Shown here: positions 12,922 through 25,684 of the stretch, piece after piece | How the letters are laid out: the number at the start of each line of letters is the position of its first letter | How positions within the stretch are numbered: position 1 is the stretch's first letter | Assembly: GCF_006345805.1 (NCBI RefSeq) | Contig: NC_043019.1 | Span: forward strand, 6,695,360 to 6,759,359 | DNA: 64,000 nucleotides | Direction of reading: 5' to 3' | Source: Octopus sinensis | Taxonomy: Eukaryota | Made by a program: the position numbers and the translations under genes | The notes under the pieces: generated by a model | Told to the model about the DNA's origin: nothing | The model's input: only the letters and a program-made list of their open reading frames with translations | Database searches by the model: none

Positions 12922-13100
12922 TTATATATATATATATAGTAGTTGTATACTGTCAACTTACTGTGACAGTTCCATGAAGGGAATCACACCACTGCTATTT
13001 GGCCCTAGGAAGCATCAAAGCTTCCTGTCAGCCTTGACACATTTCCTCTGACCTTATGTTTACAAGGGGGGGCAAGCACCCCCATCCAGCTAAGCCTGCA

Positions 13101-13143
13101 TCCAGAGACTAATTTCTGATTCTTTGCTCGTCATCAGTCTGGA
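13101..13143 (-). ncRNA. Type I hammerhead ribozyme motif, canonical core, GUC cleavage triplet
   Basis: Minus strand: TCCAGA-CTGATGA-cGAgcaaagaaTCa-GAAA-TTA-GTC-TCTGGA. Stem I is a perfect 6 bp and extends to GCC-a-TGC/GCA-GGC. Stem II is weak (2 bp). Stem III has a U.G pair where ACTAGT would be expected. Confidence 0.7.
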
Positions 13144-13212
13144 GTAGCATGGCCTGCTAGCATCTCTAGCTAGTAGGCCATACACCAGCAATAGCAACTG
13201 AATGAGAACGAT

Positions 13213-13213
<1 letters not shown>

Positions 13214-13243
<30 letters not shown>

Positions 13244-13620
13244 AAGAAGAAGGAGACGAAGAAGAAGAAGAAGAAGAAGAAGAGAAGAAGAAGAAGAAGA
13301 AGAAGAAGAAGAAGAAGAAGAAGAAGAAGAAGAAGAAAAAAGAAGAAGAGGAGGAGGAGAAGATGAAAAAGGAGATAAAAAGAAGAAAGAGATGAAGAAA
13401 ACGATAAAGAGGAACATGAAAAATAAAATAAAAGGAAATAAGGAAGAATAAAAAGAAAGCCGAAGAAATCGATGATGGAGAAAAAGAGGAAAAGGAAAGA
13501 AGATGGCAAAAAAGAAGATGAATACGAAGAAGAAGAAAAAGAGGAGAAAAATAGGAAAAAAATACGAAGGAAAATAAAACAAATAATAAAACAAAAGCTA
13601 GAGCGACCACAACAACAGCA
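13214..13620. repeat. (GAA)n and purine-rich low-complexity tract
   Basis: Directly visible. Confidence 0.9.
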
Positions 13621-14534
13621 ACAACATTTCCAAAACGGACAAGGAGAAGGAAGAAATGACAAAAGAATTTGATGAAGTGTATTACAAAAGCAGCATTGCC
13701 ATTCCTTGAAGCTGAATGGCAAATCTTTGAAAAGCGGCAAAGACTTCCATCTTTGAACAATTTAGTTCAATGTTAATTAACGATATGATTCACTGATGGA
13801 ATCTTACAAGAATTTTATGGATTAATTTTGGTGGTTTTGTTATTATTACAACGTTTGTTGTTGTCGTTCTTGTAGCTGCCATCTTTCTTGTTATTATTTT
13901 TGTTGTATTTAGTGCCGTCGTGGTAGTTGTTGTCGAGATTGTCTTTGTGGCTTTTGTTGTTGTTGCCGGCGCATTTGTTGCTGTCATTCTTATTGTTGTT
14001 GTTGTTGTTGTTGTTGTTTTTGTGGTTGTTAAGCAACAAGACGGGAGGTAAGGGTGATTAGGTGATGGTCTAGGGCTTAGGGGCGGGAGACCCCAGACCT
14101 TCAGGGAAAAAAAGGCTTTGGTCGTCTTTCTGTAGTCGTCTTTTTTGACGCCCGACTCTATTGGGAGGTGGTCCTCAAGGTCGCTGGAAATGGAAGATCT
14201 CCAGGTCCAAATTTTGAGCGGCTATTGTTGCTGTTGTCGGCACCCTTGTTGTAACAGATGTTGTTGCTATTTTGTTGTTGTTCTCGGCGTCGGTTTGGTT
14301 TTAGAAGTAGTTGTTGTTGTTAATGTCGCTTTTATGGTTATTTATGTTATTGTCCTTGTTGCCTTTATTTTTGTTATTGTTGTTGTTGTCATGGCTATCC
14401 TTGCTTGGTGCTCTTTTCCTGTCCTCATATTTTCCACCATCATAAATCTACAACTACATCGAGTGCCCAGAACCATTTGGTACAAAAACATTTCCGGATT
14501 ACTGATACTTCCCAGATCTGTACTGGTCATAGTG

Positions 14535-14645
14535 GTCAGTCGTATGAAGTTCCGGGTTCAGTCTCCTGGGGCAAATACTTTCTACTATAGCCTCGAGCCG
14601 ACCAAAATTTTTCAATAGATATGGGAAACGGGAACTAAAATAAGC
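14535..14645 (+). mobile_element. SINE family S2, 5' fragment
   Basis: gttccgggttcagtc..gggcaaatactttctactatagcctcgagccgaccaaa. Confidence 0.75.
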
Positions 14646-14663
14646 TTGTTGTTATATATATAG

Positions 14664-14744
<81 letters not shown>

Positions 14745-14955
14745 ATACATATATACATATATATATATATATATGTAGATAGATAGAAGATAGATAGATA
14801 TAGATAGATAGATAGATAGATGGGGCCACTTGATTAATGTACAACGCTAGATGTATAGCATTTGTGTAAGTCGCCCTCACATCATTTTCGACGGGAGAAG
14901 CAAAAATATTTCATACAGATGTTTTTGTCCAAAGGCTTTCAAATTATACATAGAT

Positions 14956-15052
14956 ATTCCTACCTACAGCTGTTTCAATGCACAATTCTTTATTTTCAGA
15001 AATAACATTCCATATGCGAAACTAGTGACTTGTGTATATCCTCAGGGAGAAT
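14956..15052 (-). ncRNA. Type I hammerhead ribozyme motif with long stem II, GUA triplet
   Basis: Minus strand: ATTC-TCC-CTGAGGA-tATACACAA....TTGTGCATt-GAAA-CAGCTG-TA-GG-tag-GAAT. Canonical core, stem III palindrome ACAGCTGT, 7 of 8 bp at the base of stem II, and an interrupted stem I. Confidence 0.65.
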
Positions 15053-15865
15053 TCCTAAAGGACAATGGACACCATGGCTATTTTTACGAGGTAGTCTTTA
15101 AACCATCTAAGCTAAACCTCCATTACCTGTAAACGGAGGACGATTGTGTTGAGCGAGAATTTGGCAGCTGTTTCTAGCTAGTAAGGTGAAGAAATGAGTG
15201 CGAATCTACAACAAAATATGGTGTTCTTTAAATCACTGGAACAGCGCAGGTGGTTCTGGTTGTATCGGAGATGGGGTTAGGTTTATTTGTTAGAATTAGT
15301 TTGACGATCGTGATGATGATGAGGGAATTGATGATGATGATGATGATGATGGGGAGGAGGGAGTGGACGGCAATGACAAAGACTATGAAAGCATCGATGA
15401 TGACGATGATCAAAATTAATGCGGTCCCCAATGCTACGGTTAACGATTAACATCCAAATTATGTAAATTACGCATCGCATAATTTTTCTCGACGATAAAC
15501 GTTATCCCCATAAAAGCGCACGCTTATGTGTGTATATATGCATACATATATGTGCGTCTGTGTGTCTGAGTATGTGCGCGTGTGTGAATATATGTTTGTA
15601 TATATGAGTGTATGTGTGTTTATATATTTGTTTATGCGTGCTCAAACGTTTATTATTTAGCGTTACAGAGGTTTATATGCATGTACGCGATATATACGCA
15701 CATAATACACACAAAAATACATTTATAAGAAATATATGCATGCATAGTAATATTATAAATTCATATATATATATACACTATATATATCATATGTATGCAT
15801 ATATATATATATATTATATATATAATATATAATATATATACATATATATATACATATGCATATAT

Positions 15866-15910
<45 letters not shown>

Positions 15911-16829
15911 ATCGGTAGGTATGTATAGATATACATACAACAGTAAAGTCGCATATAAAAAATACTGCACATGCGCATAAAGTCGCACATATTAAGAGGG
16001 AAAAATAAATACTGGAATAAATTCAGCAGCAAAAACATACACTACACACACACACACACACACACAGGCACGCACGAACACACACACATGCATACACGTA
16101 TACTCACAAAGAATTAGTTACACTTACATATTTCGAAATGCTTAAATTCAGGAATCCAGAAGCACGATCTGTACATGAAAGGGATAAGCCCAAAGGCAAA
16201 TAAAAATCCTTCAAACGTATGAACAAAAATCCTAAATGCATGACGCAAAAATATTTGTTTTAATCTTCTGTGTTCTTAGTTACGCTTACGATCACGTAAC
16301 GACGACCCCTTCGCGCTTCCATATAAATGGCAAATAAATAGCGGATTATAAACCTGGCGCTTTCAGATGTACCTTTAAACCTTAATCATTTATTCATAAA
16401 TATTTGCATTCTACATGCAATAAATTGTTATTTTCAACCATTTTGTGACTTCTGTTTTCCCAGTGCTCGGGTGTGTCTGTTTGTGCACGCGTTTGATTTT
16501 GTGTATATGTAAGTGTGTGTGTGTGTGTGGAGGGTAGGTGGTCTCCTCCGTGTGTGCGTATGGTTGAGGGTGGGGTATGGTTCTTATATTTGGGTTTACG
16601 ACATTTTTATGTTTACGGTAAAAACCTATTCGACACATCTGGCAGGTATTATTTATTAATGTTATTTACAAATTCGAAGTCTCCGGGCACAGCTTTATGT
16701 AGCTCACTGCATACGGAGTGTATTATATATATATATAGATATATAGATATATATTATGGTGTGTGTGTGAGTGTGTTGTGTGTCTGTGTGTTCTGTGTGT
16801 GCGTATGCATAAAATATACAATACATTAT

Positions 16830-17578
16830 ATATATCTATATATATATAACTATATATATGTAGATATATATATATATATTATATATAGTACACACTAAAT
16901 ATATATATATATATATATATATATACATTATATATACGCTACACGTAACACACACACGCATATAAACACACATATATATAACAATACTATATATACTGTA
17001 TCTACGATCTATATACATATATGGACACGAAGAGAGGAGAGACAGGATGGGGATAGATATTGGATGGAGAGTAGATGCGGGGGAGAGGGGGAGAGATGCA
17101 GATAGATAGAGAAATAGATAAATAGATATGTATATAATTAATGCCTATATGTAGGTTCACATGTTGCTGCGTGACTCTTAACAAGAGTGTGTATGTGCGT
17201 GTAAAGGTATGTGTGTGTGTACGTGTCTTTGTGTGTGCGTGTCTGTTTCTGTGCTGAATATGTGAAAGAAAAGAACCAAATATTGATGGTACCATTTCCA
17301 CATAGCTTGGATCTCTTATCTCTTTGATTGTCAGTGATAACCATTTGTAAACATATGTACGCAATATGTGTGTCTTTGTGTAGCTGTGTTTCAACATGGA
17401 GGACGGAGTGTATATATGCAAGAGCTTAACTGCATTACATACGCTTTGTTTTTATCTACGAGATTATGTATCCACTATATCTAACTCACTGCTTTTATCT
17501 CTGTCAGCATGTATTTATTTATACACACACACACATATATTTAATATATTTTATAATTAAATATATATATATATATAT

Positions 17579-17655
<77 letters not shown>

Positions 17656-17720
17656 TATATATATACATTATACATATATATATATATTATATATATATAT
17701 ATATACATATATGCATATGC

Positions 17721-17752
<32 letters not shown>

Positions 17753-18135
17753 ACATATACAATAATATATATATATATTACATTACATATATGCATATAC
17801 ATATAATATATATATATATTATATATATGTATGTATATATATATACTTATACATATATGCATATATATATACATATGTATATAGAGAAGGGATGTGTGAG
17901 TGTGTGTATGTGTATATATATGTATTATATAGCTATATATACATAAAAATGTATGTACATATTTATTCCTATATGTGTAAATATATGAATATATATATAT
18001 ATATATGTATTATTGCATAAGTATTTGCTAGTATATATATGTGTGTATATTCTGCATTTGTTTATACATATATTTATATCTATCTACATGCACGTATTTC
18101 TTAAATACACACAAACACACATTACACACAAAATA

Positions 18136-18211
<76 letters not shown>

Positions 18212-18240
18212 GAGAGAGAGATAGAGAGATACATATGTAA
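16830..18240. repeat. Mosaic (TA)n/(CA)n/(ATAC)n microsatellite fields with short unique spacers
   Basis: Directly visible. Source of the poly-YI ORFs. Confidence 0.85.
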
Positions 18241-19175
18241 ATAACCTATAAATGATGCCAATTGCCTGACACATTAAAACGCAGTCATCATATTGATTCG
18301 TACGTCTGGTTATACGTGGATATATGCGTGTTTGCGTATAGATAAAAGAAAATTATATATATATATATATAAATTATATATATAAACACGGAAACAAGGA
18401 TACTTATATACGTGTGTATGTATATATATATACATAAACACGTATATTTTATTTGATCTCGTTTCAGCACATGAGGTGTGGCCATGCAGGGGCACCGCCA
18501 TTTTGGTGCTGTTACATAATTTAACTTACATCCTATATGTATACATGCATGTATATATATATATTATGTATATTTATATATATATATAATATATATATTA
18601 TATATATATTATATATATATTATATATATATTATTAAATATACATATATGTATATATATATTTATTTATATATACATATAAATATATATATATGGGTGCG
18701 TGTGTCTGTGTGTCGGGTGTGTGTCCGTACGGATGTGTCTTCCACTATGTTAGTGGATATATGCTTCCCTGTGTGTACGGCTTTACCCGTTTTTTTTCCT
18801 CTGTTATTTTGCAAATGTATTTTCATGGCTGTGTGTATGCAAGTTCATTACAAGGCGTCCGTTTGATGTTTCTACTGTTCTATATATTACTCATTTCGCC
18901 TGATAATATGGAACATTTCAGTGAGATATGCTGTTTATAGTTCAATATCACAGCTGAAGTCGGCTGCTGCAATATTCAACGCTCCTATGATGTTACAGAA
19001 AACGAAGTAGAACGTGTAATGAAGATTAACGAAGATATATTTATGCATATGTACATACATACATACAATATATATATATATATTATATATATATATAATA
19101 TAGATATATATACATGTATAATATATATTTATACATATATATAAATAAATATATATATATATATATATTTATTTA

Positions 19176-19293
19176 TATATAGAAGGAGCTTCTACAGGAC
19201 TAGTACTGTTTCATTCAGAGAAATCTTCAGGAGCTTCCTGAAGATTTCTCTTGAATGAAACAGTACTAGTCCTGTAGAAGCTCCTTCTATATA
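19176..19293. repeat. 118-bp near-perfect palindrome (inverted duplication of a hammerhead-bearing end)
   Basis: tatatagaaggagcttctacaggactagtactgtttcattca-gagaaatcttcagga / gct / tcctgaagatttctc-t-tgaatgaaacagtactagtcctgtagaagctccttctatata. The arms differ by one extra T. Confidence 0.95.
19229..19285 (+). ncRNA. Type I hammerhead ribozyme motif, canonical core, GUA triplet
   Basis: AGGAGCTTC-CTGAAGA-tTTCtcttGAAt-GAAA-CAG-tACTAGTc-CTG-TA-GAAGCTCCT. Stem I 9 bp, stem II 3 bp, stem III 4 bp capped by an ACTAGT palindrome. Predicted cleavage after 19276. Confidence 0.8.
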
Positions 19294-19860
19294 ATAAATT
19301 ATTTTACTCTGCTATGATTGAGTACCTTACTTACTGTGGTTAACCCCGGATCAACCCGGGACCTACATATATATATATATTATATACATATATATACGCA
19401 TACACATTATATGAATGTATATATATATATATGAATGTTTATATGATATGTATATATGTATATATATATATACCATGAATGTATATGCATATATAAATAT
19501 ATATACATAATTGTTTGTGTGTATATATATATATATATATACATATTTATATATATGTATATATATATATACACACATATATATAAACATATATACGTAT
19601 ATATATATATATTGAATAAAACATCGATTTAAACAATCTATCTCGTATGTATTATGCGCGGGCACACACACACACACGCTCGCACACATACATACATATA
19701 TATACCATACGTACAAGTATATAGATGATATATATACACGTACATTTATGTTTATGTATGTATAAGCACATTCATATATACCTACATGTATATATATATT
19801 GCATATATATATGTTTGATATACATATATATTGCATATGTATACATGGATAAATGTATAC

Positions 19861-19905
<45 letters not shown>

Positions 19906-20321
19906 TAAATATAATATATATATATATATACTATACATATATATATATGTGTGTGTGTGTGTGTTTGTGTCTATCTGTAGCTTGCTTTCCTTGAACTCAT
20001 TTCTGTATCTACGTTTACATACTCGAATTTCTATAGACGTGTATCCATGTAAATAGTTTGCATTTCCCTCCAATTTCATAATCAGTTCACATAATCTCCA
20101 TCGCCTTATCTCGTCAATTCTGCATCTGATATCTGCATTTTGCATTTCATGGAATCATTATCCATCTAATTCATTGAATTCTCTCTCTGTTATGAACCTG
20201 CAAAATGTGACACATACAACATACGATACAAGTTCAAATTTCCACTGTGCTTCTCTCGTTTCATAGCTGTACTTTTTTTGAGTTCCTTTACAAGTCAGTG
20301 CATAGTGTCTGCGTCACTATA

Positions 20322-20462
20322 AGGCGGCGAGCTGGCTGAAATGTTAGCACTCCGGGCGGAATGTTTAGCGGTGTCTCGTCTGTCTTTATGTTGTGAGTTC
20401 AAATTCCGCGGAGGTCAACTTTGCCTTTTATATTTTCGGGGTCGATAAATTAGGTAGCAGTT
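20322..20462 (+). mobile_element. SINE family S1, 3'-truncated at (TA)n
   Basis: aaggcggcgagctggctgaaatgttagc..gagttcaaattccgcggaggtcaactttgcc..ttcggggtcgataaatt. Confidence 0.9.
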
Positions 20463-20704
20463 ATATATAAATATAAATATATATATATATGTATGTATAT
20501 ATAAATATATATATATGTGCATATATATTTATATATATATATATGTATGTATGTATATATATAAATATTATATATATATGTATGTATATATATATATGTA
20601 TTTATGTATATATATATATATATATATAGATAGATAGATAGATAGATAGATAGTTAGATAGATATACAATATATATATATACGCACTTGTATATTTACAT
20701 TTCT

Positions 20705-20905
20705 CTTTTATTCATTTACTTGTTCCATTCATTTGACCGCGGCCATGCTGGAGCACCGCCTTTAGTCAAACAAATCGATCCCAGGAGTTATTCTTTGTAA
20801 GTCTGGTGTTTATTGTATCCGATTTTATTGCCGAACCAATAGGTCCCGGGGACGTAAATACACCAACATCGGTTATGTAGGGATTGTAGTGGATAAGACA
20901 CAGGC
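20705..20905 (-). mobile_element. SINE family S2, 3' part
   Basis: catttgaccgcggccatgctggagcaccgcctttagtc..ttattctttgtaag..ggggacgtaaatacacc. Confidence 0.9.
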
Positions 20906-20921
20906 ACACAACCATATACAT

Positions 20922-20954
<33 letters not shown>

Positions 20955-21009
20955 CATATGAATGTGTGGTGTTTATACCTATCCCCCCTCTCTCTCTATC
21001 CCCATATAT

Positions 21010-21054
<45 letters not shown>

Positions 21055-21059
21055 ATATA

Positions 21060-21395
21060 TGCTTACCAACCACAAGGTTCCGGGTTCAGTCCCACTGTGC
21101 CTTGAAAGAACCTGAAAGAAGCCCATCACATATATATCTACGTATTTTTGTGTTTGTATTTGTCACCCCCCCCCCATACACACTAACACACACCATCGTG
21201 TGTTTACGTCCCCGTAAGACAAAAGGTCGATAAAGCAATTACCAGTCGCGATCGGGGTCGATGTATTCGGCTCAACCGCCTGTACCGAAGCTGCTGAGTT
21301 AGAATAAGTACTAGGCTTACAAAGAATATGTCATGGGACCTGATTTGTTCAACTAAAGGCGGTGCTCTAGCATGGCCGCAGTCAAAAATGACTGT
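21060..21395 (+). mobile_element. SINE family S2, internally deleted, with an S1-like fragment inside
   Basis: Head gcttaccaaccac..ggttccgggttcagtcccactg and tail tagaataagtactaggcttacaaagaat..gcatggccgcagtc. An internal ggtcgataaa..accag..ggggtcgatgta segment resembles S1. Confidence 0.75.
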
Positions 21396-23274
21396 GTGTA
21401 TGTATGTGTGCGTGTGCTTGAATCGATATCGTGAACGACGCCTTTTATTCTTGTGCCCCGGCGTTGTCGGTGGCCATTGACTGAAGGAAGATAAGTACAG
21501 AGAGATGAAAATGAATTAAATAAATGAATGCGACAAGGCGAATTAATATTGCTGATTCGTGACCACCTGCGCCATGTTTCGTTGCCTTGAAATCTCCCTC
21601 TCTCTCTGTTTCTCTCTCTGTCTCTTCTTCTCTCTCTCTCTCTCTCTCTGTCTTTCTATCTGTCTGTTTGCCTTTCTGTCTGCCTAAGCCGCATTTCGTC
21701 TGATGAACACATAACAAGAAAACGTTGAGTATTCAGAGTCATTAAATTAAATAAACATTATTACCCACGCACATACATGAATGTATATAAATACACACGC
21801 ACGCAGACACATATCTACACACGCTAGTATTGTATATATGACTGTCTGTATATGTTTTTAGTATATGTATATGTGTATACAGTGCGTTAGCGATTAAATA
21901 AAGAGACATCGATATAATAAGTAGAAGATTAGAGAAACCAACGAAAGATTAAAAGTCTTGTAAGAAATAATGTAAGAATCTTCTTAAATTTAATTCTTAA
22001 ACTACCTAATCCCCCAATTTAACTCGAAATTCGTTAGTGAAACAGTTAAGTTCATTAGTGTTTGTAAGAACAGCGAAGATGTGCTTAATCGATAGTATTT
22101 TCATTAACTTGTCTATCCTTGTTTGAAAGCTTCCCCTGTGTTTAATGAAGTATCTTCATTATATTTGTGGACACTTAAATCTTAAATGGCCTAATCCTCT
22201 CACCAAACTATAAATTGCAAATACAAATATATTTGTTCGATAATGTAAGCATTGGAGAAAGGCTGCGTAATTGATAAAAGGTTTGTATAAACTCTGCTTA
22301 CCCTAGTTTGAAATTGAAAGCTTCCCACAGGGGGAAATTATGCGATATAAGTAACTACATTATTGTTTCTTTTGATGAAATATTGATATCGACAATTTCG
22401 CGTTGGAATTCCATTTCTTCAGGACAACTTCCATCAAAACAATCGATCAAAATCAAACGGTAGCTTTCTCAACGCTCGTGCAATCGAATTTCGCTTTGGG
22501 GGTTTATAATCTCCATGGTGACTTCAATTATGTGCGTATGAAACGGTAAATCAGTTGTGAAAGCTTTATGAAGTGGGCGTCTTTATATATTATGTGTAAA
22601 ACAACAGAGTATGGTGACCAGGAATTCTTCTCCAGTACACAATACCCAAACAAATGAAAGTAAGTCTCCTTAATTAACGGCAGATGAATATTTATACAAC
22701 ATTGAAAGCAACGAGCTAGCAGATCAATTTATTCTACGAAAAATTAGCCACACAGAAAATATGTTGAAAATACTCGCACGTATACATACACACTCATTCA
22801 ATCACATACACACACACAAACAAACAAACGAGTATGTCTCGGTAAGTGTGTGTTTGTGTCTTTGTGTGTGTGTTTCTATCTGTATGTATTTGTGTCTTTG
22901 CGTGTGTTTGTGTCTTTGTGTGAGTTTGTGTCACCTCTTACGAACATGACAAGATTGCAGGGGACGAAAGAAAACGCGAAGTGCACAAATCCAGAACCAA
23001 CCCCTTGGCTTCAGCCCCCACAAACCACCAGTGCCCAATCCGCGCCATAGCTTTCCAAGCACGCATCGGACTTACTGACCACAGCCGGACAAACCGTGGT
23101 TGCCATCTTTTTCTCCCCGGTCATCGTCGAAACGACGGAAAAACTAAGATAAGGTGTAAATGTTGGATGCAAATAATCCTTAAAAAAACCAAACATTGTT
23201 GTTCTTCTAGCGACGTCTTGGTAATTGTGATGTCAAAAATTAAACGAAACGAAGATTGGTTCACTGGAAAGTAA

Positions 23275-23669
23275 ATGGAAGGATGGAAGCACTCCGTCGG
23301 TTACGACGACGAGGGTTCCGGTTGATCCGAATCAACGGAACAGCCTGCTCGTGAAATTAACGTGTAAGTGGCTGAGCACTCCAAAGACACGTGTAACCTT
23401 AACGTAGTTCTCGGGGATATTCAGCATGACACAGAGAGTGACAAGGCCGGCCCTTTGAAATACAGGTACAACAACAGAAACAGGAAGTAATAGTGAAAGA
23501 AAGTTGTGGTGGAAGAGTACAGCAGGGATCACCACCATCCCCTGCCGGAGCCTCGTGGAACTTTTAGGTGTTTTCGCTCAATAAACACTCACAACGCCCG
23601 ATCTGGGAATCGAAACCGCGATCCTATGACCACGAGTCCGCTGCCCTAACCACTGGGCCATTGCGCCTC
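23275..23669 (-). mobile_element. Young full-length tRNA-derived SINE, family S3, with 13-bp TSD
   Basis: Head gaggcgcaatggcccagtggttagggcagcggactc..ggtttcgattccc (A and B boxes). TSD cactggaaagtaa at 23262-23274 and 23670-23682. Highly similar to 56070-56457. Confidence 0.95.
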
Positions 23670-24799
23670 CACTGGAAAGTAAGTATGAATATATGAATTA
23701 CACTGTAACACGATTTTAGTCCTTGTATAACAGCTGTTATTTCCAAAGTGCTTACTCCAAGAATGTATGAGAAACGGCTAATATCTCCTTCAAGCTTTGC
23801 TTTTGATGCATTTATTTAAATCCCAAAGAATCCTCATTATCAGAAACGCACATATTATCATCCACTTATTGACATTCTCAAGTGATTAAGATCAAGCAAC
23901 CGACAAGCAAATCTGTGGTATTGAGCAGTTTATTTGCTATAACGATATTTCTGCTTCAGCAACTCAGCGCTGAATCTCTTTGAAATGTAATGGAAAATAA
24001 GTCAGATTCAAAACATTGATGTCCAAGTCACAAAAGCAAAGTTTGAAGGGAATAGTAGTAATTTGCTTTGATTTCTAGATAGAAGAACATAGGAAATAAG
24101 ATTTATCGACCAAAGGCATAAAAGAAAAATTTTGTTCCATAGTTTTATTAAATCTCTAACAGTTGTCAGTTGACCCAATTTTCAGACAGGTAAATGGGTT
24201 CAGAGTCCAAAGTTCCACAGTATATCGATTGAACTGCTTACTGGAGTCGTTATATATTATAACTCATCCTGCTAACTTTCAGATCTGGGTCGCTACAACT
24301 CATACACCTTAGAACGTTGTAGACGTCACCATTTAGAGAAAAGCAAAAATAAAGTAAGCTATGTGATTGATCACCGATATTTATTTCGTGTTTATTTGTA
24401 TCACAGATGCTAAATCAGTCTCAGTTTGTCAGTGATATCTAGCTGTTTCCCATATCAAATTCTGCCTTCTTCGCATCATCGGTTCTAGACTCCCGCGTTC
24501 TCCCAAGTCGTCAATAATACAGAATTCTCTTTCCTTCCACATTTCTTTACAGCTGTCAAGGTGCAAATAATATCAACAGTATCATCATCACCAGTGACAT
24601 GAAGTTTTGCAAAAATCAGAGACACAGTGCGTTTGCTTCAATTTTTCTGATCTAGAATTTTTTTTTGCCATCTTACAATTTTCAACTTTTGCCTGGCAAT
24701 CACAAAATATCTAGAACAATAAATGTACATTATACCGTGTCATTCTATCTATAAAACATCTAGCTGATCAAGCGAACTACTAAAAGTAATGGGTTCACT

Positions 24800-24970
24800 T
24801 TATAGCACACGACCAGCCATTTTGGAGGAGGTGAAAGTCCAGTGTTCAAATGGTACTAGCTTTATCGTCTCCTAAAGGACGAAATTCTGAACTCATAATG
24901 TAACAATGGACGAAATGCCGCCAAGCATATTACTCGGTGTGCCAACGATTCTGACAGCCCAGCGCCCATT
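24800..24970 (-). mobile_element. SINE family S1 (internally deleted)
   Basis: Reverse complement: gctgtcagaatcgttggcac..gcttggcggcatttcgtcc..gagttcagaatt..gtaccatttgaacactgg. Confidence 0.75.
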
Positions 24971-25170
24971 CTACTAAAAATAATAGCTACATCTCATTCA
25001 TACAGACCCAGAATGCCTTAGAAAAGAATGACGCGGTTTGGAAACACACTTTGGGTTTCAGTGTCTTGTAATTGTAAGAAGGAAACGATATAGGAACCGG
25101 CTATCTATCTATCCATCAATTTCTCTATCTACCCATCAATTTCTCTATCTATCCATCCATCTATCTATCC

Positions 25171-25225
<55 letters not shown>

Positions 25226-25313
25226 AAACTATCTATCTATTTATTTATCTATCTATCTATCTATTCATATATTTATCTAACTATCTATCTATCTGTCTCC
25301 CTCTAGCTATCAA

Positions 25314-25367
<54 letters not shown>

Positions 25368-25684
25368 TGAGGACAAAAAGAAAACGGAGATATTGAGACG
25401 CAGACAGTTTATTTAAAGATATTTAAATCCAGTTAATGAAATTCCAGTCCTACAGCAGTTTCCATATCCAGGTATTTCAATTACAGAAATTAAATTGAAT
25501 TGAATCAAGTTAATTTAATTCAAATTTTCATTTTGAAGCTGGTTTATTGGGTAATTCATAAGGGAAGAATTTCCGAAAATTTTCCATGTACTAATGCAAA
25601 ACATATTTAGTTTTCACTGAACACTGGTATAAACCGGAGAACTAAGCTGCTAGATTATCTTAGAGGATTATAGGTCCGTATTGT

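Noticed and set aside
19980-20320. Minus-strand [21 protein letters not shown], faintly like RTE RT (RRLRWYGHVMRM)
   Set aside because: The similarity is too weak without a search.
21695-21735. CTGATGA..GAAA motif on the plus strand
   Set aside because: No stem II, no stem I pairing, and G at position 17.
25445-25470. Minus-strand GAAACTGCTGTA resembling the 3' half of the ACAGCTGT hammerhead family
   Set aside because: No CUGANGA half is found upstream, so it cannot be called.
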